DNA of 64,000 bases, from positions 257,441 to 321,440 of the forward strand of contig CAVYJK010000020.1 in assembly GCA_963768765.1 (NCBI GenBank), in the 5' to 3' direction. The notes beneath the pieces are model-generated. The model was not told the DNA's origin and ran no database searches. It saw nothing but the letters and a program-made list of their open reading frames with translations. Both the position numbers and the translations under genes were made by a program. This DNA comes from an uncultured delta proteobacterium. Its GTDB lineage: Bacteria; Desulfobacterota; Desulfobaccia; Desulfobaccales; 0-14-0-80-60-11. Of this stretch, positions 48,871 through 58,508 are shown one piece after another (position 1 is the first letter of the stretch; each line of letters begins with the position of its first letter).

Positions 48871-49111
48871 TGAGTTTACCCCGCTTCTTAGTGGCCTTGG
48901 CCTTTATTTCTTCCCGTTCCTGGTAGAGGAGAACCTGCTGCTGGGAGATTGCGGCCGCGGTCTGAGCCGTGGCTAATTGGGCCTGGGCCTTCAACTTGGC
49001 CTCATGTTCCCATTTCAGCACCCCCAGGATCGCCAAGACCGCCAGGCCCCCCATGATCCAGCCCCCCAGCCGGGAGGATAAAACAGACCAGATTATTGAC
49101 AGAATGGGCAT
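48707..49111 (-). CDS. i-spanin (Rz-like)
   Basis: N-terminal TM LGGWIMGGLAVLAILGVL, then a coiled-coil (EAKLKAQAQLATAQTAAAISQQQVLLYQEREEIKAKA). Its position is after the endolysin genes. Confidence 0.65.
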   Translation of the reverse strand: MPILSIIWSVLSSRLGGWIMGGLAVLAILGVLKWEHEAKLKAQAQLATAQTAAAISQQQVLLYQEREEIKAKATKKRGKLNELQQKNDLDGLADDFNSPGGVRHALPANPQGGAKAPARYKDAGGTGPEYEEAH

Positions 49112-49115
49112 ATGG

Positions 49116-49424
49116 CTAATTTACCTCCATCTTTGCGGCCTTTTCCGGGGAAGGAGGCACCACCTTCCCCTCAACACTGGCGATGGTTTGGCTGAAGGTA
49201 GTCTTTGAGAACATCGAGGCCCCCAGGCCCCCGGTAGCCGCACCCAGCATCCCCAGGAGCAGGTTCACCGTGGGGCCGTCAAGTCCCTTTTTCAAGATAA
49301 AAACATGAAAGATAATAGAGGCTGAGGCAATGGCCACCACCGGGGCGGCGAGAACTACGGCGAGAACCGCCATGGAATTGACGATCTGATTGCTGCCACT
49401 AACAAATTCCCGCCAGAAGTTCAT
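49116..49424 (-). CDS. Small two-TM membrane protein (holin/antiholin candidate)
   Basis: 102 aa with two hydrophobic helices (MAVLAVVLAAPVVAIASASIIF; LLLGMLGAATGGLGASMF). It lies between the amidase and the spanins, with a 4-nt overlap with the amidase. Confidence 0.5.
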   Translation of the reverse strand: MNFWREFVSGSNQIVNSMAVLAVVLAAPVVAIASASIIFHVFILKKGLDGPTVNLLLGMLGAATGGLGASMFSKTTFSQTIASVEGKVVPPSPEKAAKMEVN

Positions 49425-49951
49425 GCCGCATACCCCTTAACCAGTTGGATAAACCCGACCTTGTCCACATTGTTACCCGGGCAATGATGGGTCGTCCGGG
49501 GGTCTTCCCGGTGCAACCTCATGGTGTCGGGATCGATGCCCAGGACGGCGCTCAGGATGGCTATAGCGGCAACGGCGTTGTCCCGCACCATCGCACCCCG
49601 CCCTAGGTCGAAATCCTCCGTGTCATAGTCGCCCAACATTTCAACGCCCAAGGCTAGGCTATTCCACGATGGCGAGTGGACGCCCGGGACGGTGAGGGGG
49701 GTGAACACCCAGATTTGCAGATCGTCAATGAACAGGTGGGGCCCCCCGGACCAGCCCTGGTCGTCCCGATAGTAGGATTGCAATCCCAGGATATGCTGGT
49801 AGATAAGGCCATTCGGCCTATTAGCCAGGTTGGGCTCCCCGGTGTTGTGCAGGACAATAAAGCCCGGTTGCCAGGCATCCCAAATCAAGCTCTTGACATA
49901 CTCCTTAAAGGTTTCAGGAATGAAGTTCTGTCCTACAATACCTTTCCACAT
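49421..49951 (-). CDS. N-acetylmuramoyl-L-alanine amidase (Amidase_2/PGRP-type endolysin)
   Basis: FIVLHNTGEP...GWSGGPHLFIDD...HHCPGNNVD zinc-amidase motifs. Confidence 0.8.
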   Translation of the reverse strand: MWKGIVGQNFIPETFKEYVKSLIWDAWQPGFIVLHNTGEPNLANRPNGLIYQHILGLQSYYRDDQGWSGGPHLFIDDLQIWVFTPLTVPGVHSPSWNSLALGVEMLGDYDTEDFDLGRGAMVRDNAVAAIAILSAVLGIDPDTMRLHREDPRTTHHCPGNNVDKVGFIQLVKGYAA

Positions 49952-49961
49952 CGAACACCTC

Positions 49962-50504
49962 CTATGCCAAGGCCTGCGCCAGGGTCAGGGCCCGGGCTCG
50001 AACATCGCTCGAATAATCCCTTCCTGTCGTCCGGGCATCCGGGTCCTGCCCGGCGGCCACCGCCTTGGAGACATTGCCGGCGCCACAGTTATAGGCCGCC
50101 ACCGTCCCCCAGAAAAGCCGGGTATAGTCTTCGCCGAAAAAGCCGAAACGGTCTGCCAGGTAATTGTAAGATGGTAGGATCACGTTCTTCCGCACATACT
50201 CCAGCGAGGCGGCCAAGTCCTGCCATTGCCCCGAGTCGCAAAAAGCCCCGTGGCTCCGGTCATCAATTTGTATCTCGCCGTGACCATGCCCGGCATCCCC
50301 CAGGCCGTCCTCATCCAGGAGCAATCCGAAGCGACTCTCCCGGCTGTCAATGGCCATGAGAACCCAAACCATCCACCGAGGCCCCAGTTCGGCCTGGAGG
50401 GCCTGTTCCAACTCCGGGGGCCACTGGTAGGCGTCCGCCGCCGCCTGAAAGATGGGCAGGCGTTCTTTGGCCAGTCCAAATTCGCCTTCTTTAAAGAGGG
50501 ACAT
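49962..50504 (-). CDS. Lytic transglycosylase (SLT-domain muralytic enzyme)
   Basis: MAIDSRESRFG (catalytic E-S) and VAAYNCGAGNV motifs. Confidence 0.8.
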   Translation of the reverse strand: MSLFKEGEFGLAKERLPIFQAAADAYQWPPELEQALQAELGPRWMVWVLMAIDSRESRFGLLLDEDGLGDAGHGHGEIQIDDRSHGAFCDSGQWQDLAASLEYVRKNVILPSYNYLADRFGFFGEDYTRLFWGTVAAYNCGAGNVSKAVAAGQDPDARTTGRDYSSDVRARALTLAQALA

Positions 50505-50926
50505 TAGGACTTTCCTCCACGATGTCCTTGTTGATAATTGGTCTCCACGGTTAGCTTCGCCATGGCAATCTTGATCTCGCCAACGCCTCCTTCAATAACC
50601 TCCAGTTTCTTAAAAAACTTGTCTTTGAACTGGTGAAATTCGCCGTCCAGTTTCGCGATCTTGGCTTTGTTTTCCTCAGACCGCTCGTACTCGGCTTGAT
50701 GAGCCGTGCAATTTTTGGGATCAATAAGGCAAGGAGCAATACCGCTGGGGGCTTCGCCTTTCCCACCTGCTCCGACAATGACGTTGACTTCACCTTTGCC
50801 CAATATTTTCTTTAATAGCGGCCACGCCAAGGCCCCCAGGCCTTTGCCGGCGCCCAAGGCAACAATGACCACAAAAAGCACGCCGATAATGCCCCATAGT
50901 TCCCGGTTAGAGCAGAGTTCCGTCAT
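50504..50926 (-). CDS. Single-TM protein with a coiled-coil tail (holin or lysis-regulator candidate)
   Basis: The likely start is MTELCSNRELWGIIGVLFVVIVALGAG at 50926. The rest is a charged helical C-terminus. It lies immediately upstream of the muralytic genes. Confidence 0.45.
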   Translation of the reverse strand: MTELCSNRELWGIIGVLFVVIVALGAGKGLGALAWPLLKKILGKGEVNVIVGAGGKGEAPSGIAPCLIDPKNCTAHQAEYERSEENKAKIAKLDGEFHQFKDKFFKKLEVIEGGVGEIKIAMAKLTVETNYQQGHRGGKS

Positions 50927-51008
50927 TTCGCCACCTCCACGCCGATAACACCCCCGACCATGGCCTGAAACAGGGGCTCCTGCCAAAATTCCATCATGAC
51001 ATCTCCTG

Positions 51009-52021
51009 TTATTGGACCACCGGAAACTTGCGCCGTCCGGCCTGACTCTGCCAGGCGGTGCGGGCGTCAGGGACCGGGAACTTCCGCCGAAGGTCAAGGG
51101 GCGGGATCTCCTGGTACTCCACCTGGACGATGAACTGCTTCACGTACAGTCCCGGGTCGAACTGCCGGTATTCCACCTGGCCGATAATCTGGGGGACCTT
51201 GATAAGCGGTGGAATCTCTGATATTCCGCCTGGCCGATGACCTGGGAAACCTCGATAAGCGGCGGAGCTTCCCATTCCGCCTGGGCTACTGCCTGGAAAA
51301 CCTTTAGCTTTGCGGGAAGAGGGAAAACACCATTTCTGATCGCATCAATTTCTGTATCCGGAAGGATGTCATTGAAAATCACCATCTCGTCCAATTTGCC
51401 GTCCAGGTAATTGCCTGGATTGGCCAAGGCACCGATGGTAGTGTCTGCTGCTCCCACACGAAGCTGGTTGGAGGGAGTATTGGAGTAATTCGCCACTGTA
51501 CCAGCAGTCGCATCATGGAGCCTGACCTGGCGAACCCTATTTACACCGTCAATAACCACTGCCAGGTGGTACCAGCGTCCAGCCTGGACAGTGCAAGCAT
51601 CCCAGAACTCACCACCGGAGGCGCTGTAGCCCCAGTTGACTCTCAAATACCCGCCAGTAAAGCCGATCTCGATAGTAAGGTCTGTCTGCCAAAGCCACTT
51701 GCTGTAAATATTGGCCCATTGGGAGGCACCCGGTACTGTTTCCAACTTAAACCAACAGCATAAAGTAAATTTTTTAGTTGCATCGCCGGACTTAAGCGGA
51801 TAGCCCGCATCAAGATTACCATCAGCGATAGGAAAATATTGACTGGAGATCAGCTTCAAAATCACGCAGGCCGCTCCTTCTCGGTAATCACCAGTGTCAG
51901 CGGTAGGCGAATTGGCAGAGGCGTGAGGGTATTGACCACCCTTGGAATCTGCGGTTAAAGCACCGCTCTCGAAGCGCCAGAGGGCCTTGCACCGAGGATC
52001 GGTGGAAAAATCGTTGGCCAT
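51009..52021 (-). CDS. LamG/concanavalin-like tail fibre protein with a C-terminal 17-aa tandem-repeat region; frame break inside the repeats (~51.21 kb)
   Basis: CKALWRFESG...LDGKLDEMVIFNDIL is typical of Laminin_G_3 phage proteins. The C-terminus continues from ORF 51140-52021 into ORF 51009-51275 through repeats PPLIEVSQVIGQAEYQ / PPLIKVPQIIGQVEYRQ. Confidence 0.65.
51117..51325. repeat. Coding tandem repeat, about 4 units of 54/53/51/~50 bp
   Basis: Unit starts are at 51117 (ACTCCACCTGG), 51171 (ATTCCACCTGG), 51224 (ATTCCGCCTGG) and 51275 (ATTCCGCCTGG). The 53-bp unit coincides with the reading-frame switch. Confidence 0.8.
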
Positions 52022-52025
52022 GATC

Positions 52026-53014
52026 TTAAGCTACCGCCTTCATCCCGATTTGCACGGCGTTGACCTCGTCCTTGGTCCAGGGCTGGCCGGTGGCCGGATT
52101 GGTTTCCCAGAGCTTGGTCAGGGGCTTGGGATTGACCGCGGGCACCGGCACGTTCTCACCGAAGTAATTGGCGCCGCCGCTGCGGCAGGCCAGTTGCAGA
52201 TTCTGGGGCGTGGGCGAGCCTTCCTTGATGGCCCGGGCCGCCACCTGGACACACTTGACGGAGTGGATGGAGCCAACCAGGTCGGTGACCTCGTAGAGGT
52301 CGGTCTTGCCGGTGACATTGGTGGAGACGTAATCCGTGTCGGAGTATGGGATTTCATTCGACGCAGTCCCAGTTCTGCGCCGGCAGAGGGGTCCCATTCG
52401 GTAAGGGCGCCGGGAGCGGAGGGCCGGATGGCCTGGATGCGGGTGTCCCCCGGCCAGGCGGCGTTATCGATGACCACGTTGTCAAACCAGCAGGAGGCAT
52501 AGTAGGTGCCGTCCCCGCCGATCCGAATACCGTCGATGGCGGTGGCGCCGTCGGTGGTGTCGCCGCTGAAGTTGATGTCCAGGACGCCGCCCACCCGAAC
52601 CTGGAAGACCCCGGCGGTGTCATGGGGCTTGTAATGGACTTCGATGAGGATGGGGGTACCCACGTTGACGGCAATGGTGCCGGTGGCCAGGAGGGTGCCG
52701 GAACCGGTGCCCCGGCGGACCTCCAGGAGGCCGGTGGTGGGGTTGCGCCGGAGGCGGGCCAATTGGGTCGCGCCGTTGAAGAAGTAGCACATGCTGCTGG
52801 CATAGGAGGCGGAGGACCCCCGATAGCGGAACGCCAGGTAGTATTCCGGGGCCGCCGGCACATACTTGTGGGCGTAATAATCCCCGAAGGCGTCACAACT
52901 CAGGCAGTACGTGCCATCCATACCGGCGATACCGCTGACGATCCAGGCCCCTACCACCAGGTCCCAGAGATCGGTCTTGCCCGATTCAAAGCCGTCGATA
53001 AATACCCGGGCCAT
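52026..53014 (-). CDS. Jelly-roll/LamG-like tail protein; two closely spaced frame breaks (~52.36-52.39 kb)
   Basis: The N-terminus MARVFIDGFESGKTDLWD... reads to TEWDPSAGA. It passes briefly through a second frame (QNWDCVE) and then into ORF 52026-52397 (EIPYSDTDYVSTNVTGKTDLYE...PWTKDEVNAVQIG). Confidence 0.6.
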
Positions 53015-53024
53015 ATTTCTCTCC

Positions 53025-54854
53025 TCAGTCGAACATTTCTAAGTTCAGGGTGATCTTGAAAGTCCCCTGGTGGTCAAGGTCGTTGTTGCGGATCTTCAGG
53101 TGCAGTTCGCGGCTGCCATCCCGGTCCTGGACCCAAAAGGGCAGCCAATCCTCAAAGGGAGGGCTGGGCGTCATCCCTTCCGCCTTGTAAAGCAGGGAAT
53201 CGAAGCTGTCCTTACCATGGATTTCCAGGGTATAGGTTCCGGTGACCAAGCCCCCGGTTTCCTCCACCTTGAGATAGTGGACCAGGCCCCGGGTGCAGAA
53301 ACCGGGAAGATTCTGCTGGATTGCGGCTCCCGCGCCCACGGTGATCCCGGACCGGGTAAAGGTCTTGTCCTGGGTGCCGACGCCGGTCACCTTCTGCAGG
53401 TAGCCCAGGAGAAAGACCCGGAGATTGGCGGTCTCCGCACCGCCGGCCGCAACCAGGAACTGCACCGAGAGCTCCTCGTCCGTGGGCAGGATAATTGTCC
53501 CCGGATCGTTCAACCCCGACCAGATGGTGAAAGCCTGGGGCGGAGCGGATATTGAGCCTCTCTTTTTGAACTTTACGTTCACCTCGTTGCCCGGCACCTC
53601 GTCCCAGAAGATCACCCGGAGCACCACCGCCTGGACGCCCTGGGGAGCGTTAATGAACCCAGCTAAATCCAGGTCTTCATAATCGACACTGCTGCCCCGG
53701 TTGAGCTCTTCCAGCACCAAATCGGGGTTCTCTTTGGCCACGTATTTGGTGAGTTCCTGCACCCCCAGGTCCAGGTTGACTTCCCCGAACTCTTTCCAGT
53801 TGGACCCGTCTTCCGTGTACTCCCACCTGTTCGTGGTCTCATTCCAGCGGATGGCGACGTTGGGGGCGGTGCCCCGCTCCACCTCCAACTGGCAGTCCTG
53901 GGAGGGCTCTGCGGTTTCATCCAGGTTCAGGGTGAAGGTGTGACCCGTGGTGCCGAGATCGGTGTTCTGGGTATGGCCTCCACCTCCAACGCCGCCCCCG
54001 GCGCCATATATGGCCCAGGTGCGCTTGTCGGTGATGGTGGTGATGCCGGAAGCGCTCGTAACCACCAGGTAAAGGGGAATGCGGCCCGAGGTGAAGCCGG
54101 TCTGGTTCACCGAGACCGTGCCATTGGCAGGATCAACTTCTAGGTAGTTGCTCTGGCTGGGAGCGCAGGTCACGTGCCCGTTAGGGGTCTCATAGATGGC
54201 GCTGTCGTTTCTGACCTTGCCGGCTTTATAGTAAAAGTTGAGGCCGTCCTGGCGGTCGAAGGCATAATAACCCCCCATCTCGGCCAGGAGTTGCTCGATC
54301 TCCTCCAGCCGGGCCGCCACGGAGGTGAAAGACCTGGATCGGGCGGCGGAGTCCAACATGTCGTGGTAATCATCCCCGTCAAAAAGGATGTTGACCCCGG
54401 CAAACAGGGCCTTGGCCGAGATCCGGTGACTCCCGGCATCCCAGCTGAATTGCCGGGTGGTGGTGCCGTCCACAGAGGTGGAGACCAGGGGGTTGCCGGC
54501 ACCGTCCAGGCTGAGGTAATAGGTACCGGTAGCCTTTCCTGCCATGCTTAGGGTGAAGGTGGTAGTCTTGCGGTAAAACTGTCCGGCGTTCCAGTAAGTC
54601 CCGGGGGAAACGGTGAAGTTATAACCCGGCCCGGAGAGCTGACCCTCGGCAAAATCATAGGAGGCGATGCCGATCAGGCCCCGCCGGTCGAAGATCTCTT
54701 GAAGCCCATAGGGGACCGCCAGGCTGCCGGATTGCCCGGTGAGCTGGCCGAAGATCTGATTCAGGGCGTTTTCCACCGCCGTAGACAGCTCGATCAGGCG
54801 GGCAATATAGTCCTTTTGGCCGTAAACCCAGGCTTTGAAAAGCTCAATAGTCAT
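53025..54854 (-). CDS. Large tail fibre / receptor-binding candidate
   Basis: 609-aa intact ORF from MTIELFKAW (ATG at 54854, 1 nt after the upstream stop). It is beta-rich and G/T/S-rich, and sits between tip proteins and the LamG proteins. Confidence 0.55.
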   Translation of the reverse strand: MTIELFKAWVYGQKDYIARLIELSTAVENALNQIFGQLTGQSGSLAVPYGLQEIFDRRGLIGIASYDFAEGQLSGPGYNFTVSPGTYWNAGQFYRKTTTFTLSMAGKATGTYYLSLDGAGNPLVSTSVDGTTTRQFSWDAGSHRISAKALFAGVNILFDGDDYHDMLDSAARSRSFTSVAARLEEIEQLLAEMGGYYAFDRQDGLNFYYKAGKVRNDSAIYETPNGHVTCAPSQSNYLEVDPANGTVSVNQTGFTSGRIPLYLVVTSASGITTITDKRTWAIYGAGGGVGGGGHTQNTDLGTTGHTFTLNLDETAEPSQDCQLEVERGTAPNVAIRWNETTNRWEYTEDGSNWKEFGEVNLDLGVQELTKYVAKENPDLVLEELNRGSSVDYEDLDLAGFINAPQGVQAVVLRVIFWDEVPGNEVNVKFKKRGSISAPPQAFTIWSGLNDPGTIILPTDEELSVQFLVAAGGAETANLRVFLLGYLQKVTGVGTQDKTFTRSGITVGAGAAIQQNLPGFCTRGLVHYLKVEETGGLVTGTYTLEIHGKDSFDSLLYKAEGMTPSPPFEDWLPFWVQDRDGSRELHLKIRNNDLDHQGTFKITLNLEMFD

Positions 54855-54855
54855 A

Positions 54856-55320
54856 TCAGGACTCCAAGATGGCGATGAAAGTACCGTCCGGGGCAAAGCG
54901 ACCGTGGGCCCCCAGGGGTATGGCGCCGAAGGCCCCGGGGCCCAGGTCTCCCAGTTCCCCCAGGGTCAGGAGGCGCGTCAAACTGCCGCTCCAACTCTCC
55001 CGGGCGATGGAACCCAGATCATCCATGAAGGTCATATAGATGATATGCTCCCGGCCCATGCAGGTCTTGGACAGGCCGCTGATGCACCACTTCCCGTCAT
55101 TCATCCGGGTAAGGAGCACGCTTTTGCCGAGTTCGGCATAGATGATCTCCCGGTTGCTGGAAGCCACCGGCACGCTCCGGAGAGGTTCATCCTGACCGAT
55201 ATCCACGTCGCAGGCCCAGACCCAACTATCTCCGTCCATGTATTGCTGGTAAAACGGGCTGGCGATAGTCCCGATCATCTGGTTCTGGACTTGAGTTATG
55301 CGCCAATCTATTACGCTCAT
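54856..55320 (-). CDS. Phage tail-tip associated protein (hypothetical)
   Basis: 154-aa ORF with a 4-nt overlap with the upstream gene. The call is based on position only. Confidence 0.4.
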   Translation of the reverse strand: MSVIDWRITQVQNQMIGTIASPFYQQYMDGDSWVWACDVDIGQDEPLRSVPVASSNREIIYAELGKSVLLTRMNDGKWCISGLSKTCMGREHIIYMTFMDDLGSIARESWSGSLTRLLTLGELGDLGPGAFGAIPLGAHGRFAPDGTFIAILES

Positions 55321-56879
55321 GCGGTCATCACCTTGAACCCTTGCAGGCTGAGCACCGGGACCGCGCCACGCTGCACCGCCTTGCTCATGTCGCTGATGAA
55401 GAACTTCCGGCCATCCGGCAGTTGCAAAATATCCCCCCGCTCCAGGGCCAGATCGTCTTTGATCACCAGGGTGCGGGGATTGGCGCTGGAAACCTCCCAG
55501 GTAAGTTCCAGCATGGCCAGGGCATCGACGCGGTCCTGGGATCCCAGAAAATCGTTTTTAACTTCCTTCTCGTTCTCCTCCCAGTATTCCAGGCCATCCA
55601 CCAGGGCCGTGGCCTTGAGCTCCAGGTAGGCATAATCATAGGGCGTCCCCCAGACCTCGTATTGGGCGCTGCCCATGGACATCATGATCAACATAATGAC
55701 AATCATGGCCTGGGCCTGCAGGATGCGGCCCACCGGGATAGTGATGCCCTCTTCGGCCCCCACGCCAAAGGTGAGGACATCATCGGGGATGGCCGCCATG
55801 GCCAGATATTCCACCAGCATGGCGGTAGCCAGAATAGGAACCCAGCAAGAAATAGAGACCTTAATTTCCCCGTGAAACTCATCCACCTCCCGGTAGGACT
55901 CGGAGCCCACCGGGAGAAGACCGGAATTGACACTCTTCTTGACGATCAGGCCCGTCCCGGAGGCCCGTTGCCGTTTGTCTTCACCCCACCAGACCGGCAG
56001 TTTCTCTCCCATGGAGAAGAAGCCCGTGGTAACCTGAGCGTTGCCGAGACATTGGTACGGCGACTCTACCCGGCTTAGCTGGGAGTCTAAGGAGATTACC
56101 CGCACCTTATTGATCGTATCCTGGCTCCGGGCCGGCACCTGGTAGTCGAGAATGCGGGTAGAATCCGGCAGCACCCGGTCCGGAAGGCGGTGCAGGTTCT
56201 TATCAATGAAGGTGATTCGGCCATCCCCGTCAAAGCAGGGGACCTTACCCACCGTTTCCAGCAGCTTGCTGATGGCCTCCCAGGGCGCCATTTGGGCGAT
56301 CTGGTTCACCTGGTGCTTGAATTGCAGCCCCAGAGTGGCAGGGAGCCTGATCTCGGCGTCGGTGAGCCCCAGGAAGGTCGAGAGCAGGTCCCGGACCATA
56401 ATCCCCAGCTCAGTCCCCACCGTATATTTCTTACTGGTGATCGACCGCCGCTTGAGCGCCTGATTGTTCTCCCGGCTGAAAACGGCAACCTGAGCCATGG
56501 CCGTGCTGTTGCGCCGGGATTTGTTCCAGCCGATCTGTCCCCTGATAAAGCCGGTAAAGGAGTAAATCCAGGAGGTTTCCGGCACGGCTTGGTCGCCTTC
56601 CAGCAGCCTGATAATGGCCCCATCCCCCACGTAAGCTCGATGCACACCACTATCAGGATGAAAAAGGCCATCCGGGTCTGAAAGGGTAAAATCCAGCTTA
56701 TCGGGAGACCACTTGATATCGGTGCAATAGGCGGTCAGGTCGAAAGGTTCCTGGGCGTATTGACCCGAAACAATGGCGCTGATGGAGTCCTGGCTCCGGT
56801 CAAAGGCCAGGACCTTATATGCCGGCCGGCGCACCACGGCTTCCTGGGCCGCTTCCAGATCGGCCGGTAATACCCGCAT
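55317..56879 (-). CDS. Phage tail-tip/baseplate-hub-like protein (hypothetical)
   Basis: 520 aa from MRVLPADLEAAQEAV (ATG at 56879, ATGA overlap with the upstream stop). Assigned by position downstream of the tape measure. Confidence 0.45.
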   Translation of the reverse strand: MRVLPADLEAAQEAVVRRPAYKVLAFDRSQDSISAIVSGQYAQEPFDLTAYCTDIKWSPDKLDFTLSDPDGLFHPDSGVHRAYVGDGAIIRLLEGDQAVPETSWIYSFTGFIRGQIGWNKSRRNSTAMAQVAVFSRENNQALKRRSITSKKYTVGTELGIMVRDLLSTFLGLTDAEIRLPATLGLQFKHQVNQIAQMAPWEAISKLLETVGKVPCFDGDGRITFIDKNLHRLPDRVLPDSTRILDYQVPARSQDTINKVRVISLDSQLSRVESPYQCLGNAQVTTGFFSMGEKLPVWWGEDKRQRASGTGLIVKKSVNSGLLPVGSESYREVDEFHGEIKVSISCWVPILATAMLVEYLAMAAIPDDVLTFGVGAEEGITIPVGRILQAQAMIVIMLIMMSMGSAQYEVWGTPYDYAYLELKATALVDGLEYWEENEKEVKNDFLGSQDRVDALAMLELTWEVSSANPRTLVIKDDLALERGDILQLPDGRKFFISDMSKAVQRGAVPVLSLQGFKVMTA

Positions 56880-57430
56880 CAGTCCGCCTCCCCCACGATC
56901 CGAAAGACCAACACCACTTCCCCCAGGACGAGGTCTTCCTGGATGGCCCCGGTGTGCAGGGTCACCGCATTGTCGCCGCCGGCCTGCAAACTTTCGATGA
57001 CGATCTGGTAACCTTTGGTGGTTCGATCCTTGGGCCACCAGGTAATGTAGTCCGAGGCAGGACGGTTCACGAAATATTCCCACAAACGCCTAAAGAAGTT
57101 GGCCGGCATACGGCTGGTCTTGTCATCCCCGGCCCAAAACTCCTTAACCGGATTGTCTTTGAGATAGCCGCTCCACTGCGCCAGGGCCGTATCTTTCAAG
57201 GTCATCTCGGCCTTGAGCGCCGGCCGGGCCGTCAAGGGAGCGCTGTCAAAGTTCGTCCATTTATCCGGATTTTCCTCATAGACCAGGGGAGGCAGCAGAT
57301 CATCAGGATAACGCAGCTCCCGGAGGGCATAAGTCCCGGTGTTTTCAGGCAGCAAGATGAGGTCTACCGACTCCTCCAGGATGTCCGGGGTTTCCTGAAT
57401 AGTGAAAGTGGTCTCGGAGGTAAGCTCCAT
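56879..57430 (-). CDS. Phage tail protein (hypothetical)
   Basis: 183-aa intact ORF, tightly packed in the tail module. Confidence 0.4.
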   Translation of the reverse strand: MELTSETTFTIQETPDILEESVDLILLPENTGTYALRELRYPDDLLPPLVYEENPDKWTNFDSAPLTARPALKAEMTLKDTALAQWSGYLKDNPVKEFWAGDDKTSRMPANFFRRLWEYFVNRPASDYITWWPKDRTTKGYQIVIESLQAGGDNAVTLHTGAIQEDLVLGEVVLVFRIVGEAD

Positions 57431-57431
57431 G

Positions 57432-58508
57432 TCATTCCTCTACGGTGGCACTCAAGTTAAGGGTTTCCGTGGCCGCCTCATCCGGCGCCTGATACCGGAA
57501 AGTGGCCGCCCCGGATTGCTCGGTGGTGGTTATGGGAGTTAACAGCGCCCCCGCGGCCGGCTCAGAAAGCGTACCCCGCAGCGGGTAAGTGCCCACACCC
57601 TCGCCGCTATCCCCATAAAGATGGGCCACGAAACGGGCTTTTTCCCCGTTGCGCAGCCGGGTTACCGGTACCGGGTCCGTAAGCCCGGCGATCCGATACA
57701 GGGGCCGGTAAAATTCGATTTGGCACTGACAAGCCCCATCCACAGCATCAGGCAACCAGCGGAAGACCGCGAGGCGATTTCGCTTGGTATCAAAGGCCGA
57801 ATAGTAGCCTTTGGCGCTCGGGTCCGGGTTCTGCACCGAAGACAGCATTTCCCACCTGGGCTTGGTTTCCCGGTAGTTTATCTTGCCCACCAGACCGTTT
57901 TGCGTGATGATCCAGCAGATTTCCCGGCTTTCATAGCAGAGATATCCAAGGGTGTAAGGAAGACGCAAACTTCCCCGGCGTGTCGGCGTACCGCTGATAT
58001 CCCATATTTGGAGGTACCAGCTGCTTACCCCGGCTATCAAAGCATCCTCCCGGTTGACTACTGCATGGGTAAAAATTGTGCTCGGGTTCCACTTAGAGGG
58101 GTCAATGCTCCACATACCGGCAGCAGGCCACATGGCAGAGGCATCCATTTCGGTAACCGTGTAGCCTGAATTCCAGGTGCTATAGATCGCGCCATAGCTT
58201 CCCAGGCTCCCGTGGTTTACCCAGGCTACGGGCCAGATGCCCATGGAGGCCGTCTTCAAGAGGGCCCCGGTTTCAGCATTAAAATCGAATCGTTTGACTG
58301 CCCAAGAGGGCCATGGACAAATCTCAAAGGTCGCCCACAAACAAATCCGGTCTTGCCCCGGTTCATAATAAAAATGGGAAATTGAATTTATGCTCTCCTG
58401 ATATATCCTTGGGGGGGTGCGCAGGTATGGGTTGTAAAAATAGTTCTTACCATCCCATGGGACATAGGGAATGCAGTTGGGGATCGTGAAAATGGGCCAG
58501 AGCGCCAT
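57432..58508 (-). CDS. Phage tail protein with a C-terminal Ig-like (Big-type) domain
   Basis: 358 aa. The C-terminus RFVAHLYGDSGEGVGTYPLRGTLSEP...TTEQSGAATFRYQAPDEAATETLNLSATV has the bacterial Ig-like pattern. Confidence 0.5.
   Translation of the reverse strand: MALWPIFTIPNCIPYVPWDGKNYFYNPYLRTPPRIYQESINSISHFYYEPGQDRICLWATFEICPWPSWAVKRFDFNAETGALLKTASMGIWPVAWVNHGSLGSYGAIYSTWNSGYTVTEMDASAMWPAAGMWSIDPSKWNPSTIFTHAVVNREDALIAGVSSWYLQIWDISGTPTRRGSLRLPYTLGYLCYESREICWIITQNGLVGKINYRETKPRWEMLSSVQNPDPSAKGYYSAFDTKRNRLAVFRWLPDAVDGACQCQIEFYRPLYRIAGLTDPVPVTRLRNGEKARFVAHLYGDSGEGVGTYPLRGTLSEPAAGALLTPITTTEQSGAATFRYQAPDEAATETLNLSATVEE

Noticed and set aside
51117-51325. A CRISPR array or other non-coding repeat array
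   Set aside because: The units are contiguous with no spacers and lie in frame with a LamG fibre ORF, encoding a 17-aa peptide repeat. No other regularly spaced repeats were seen in the window.
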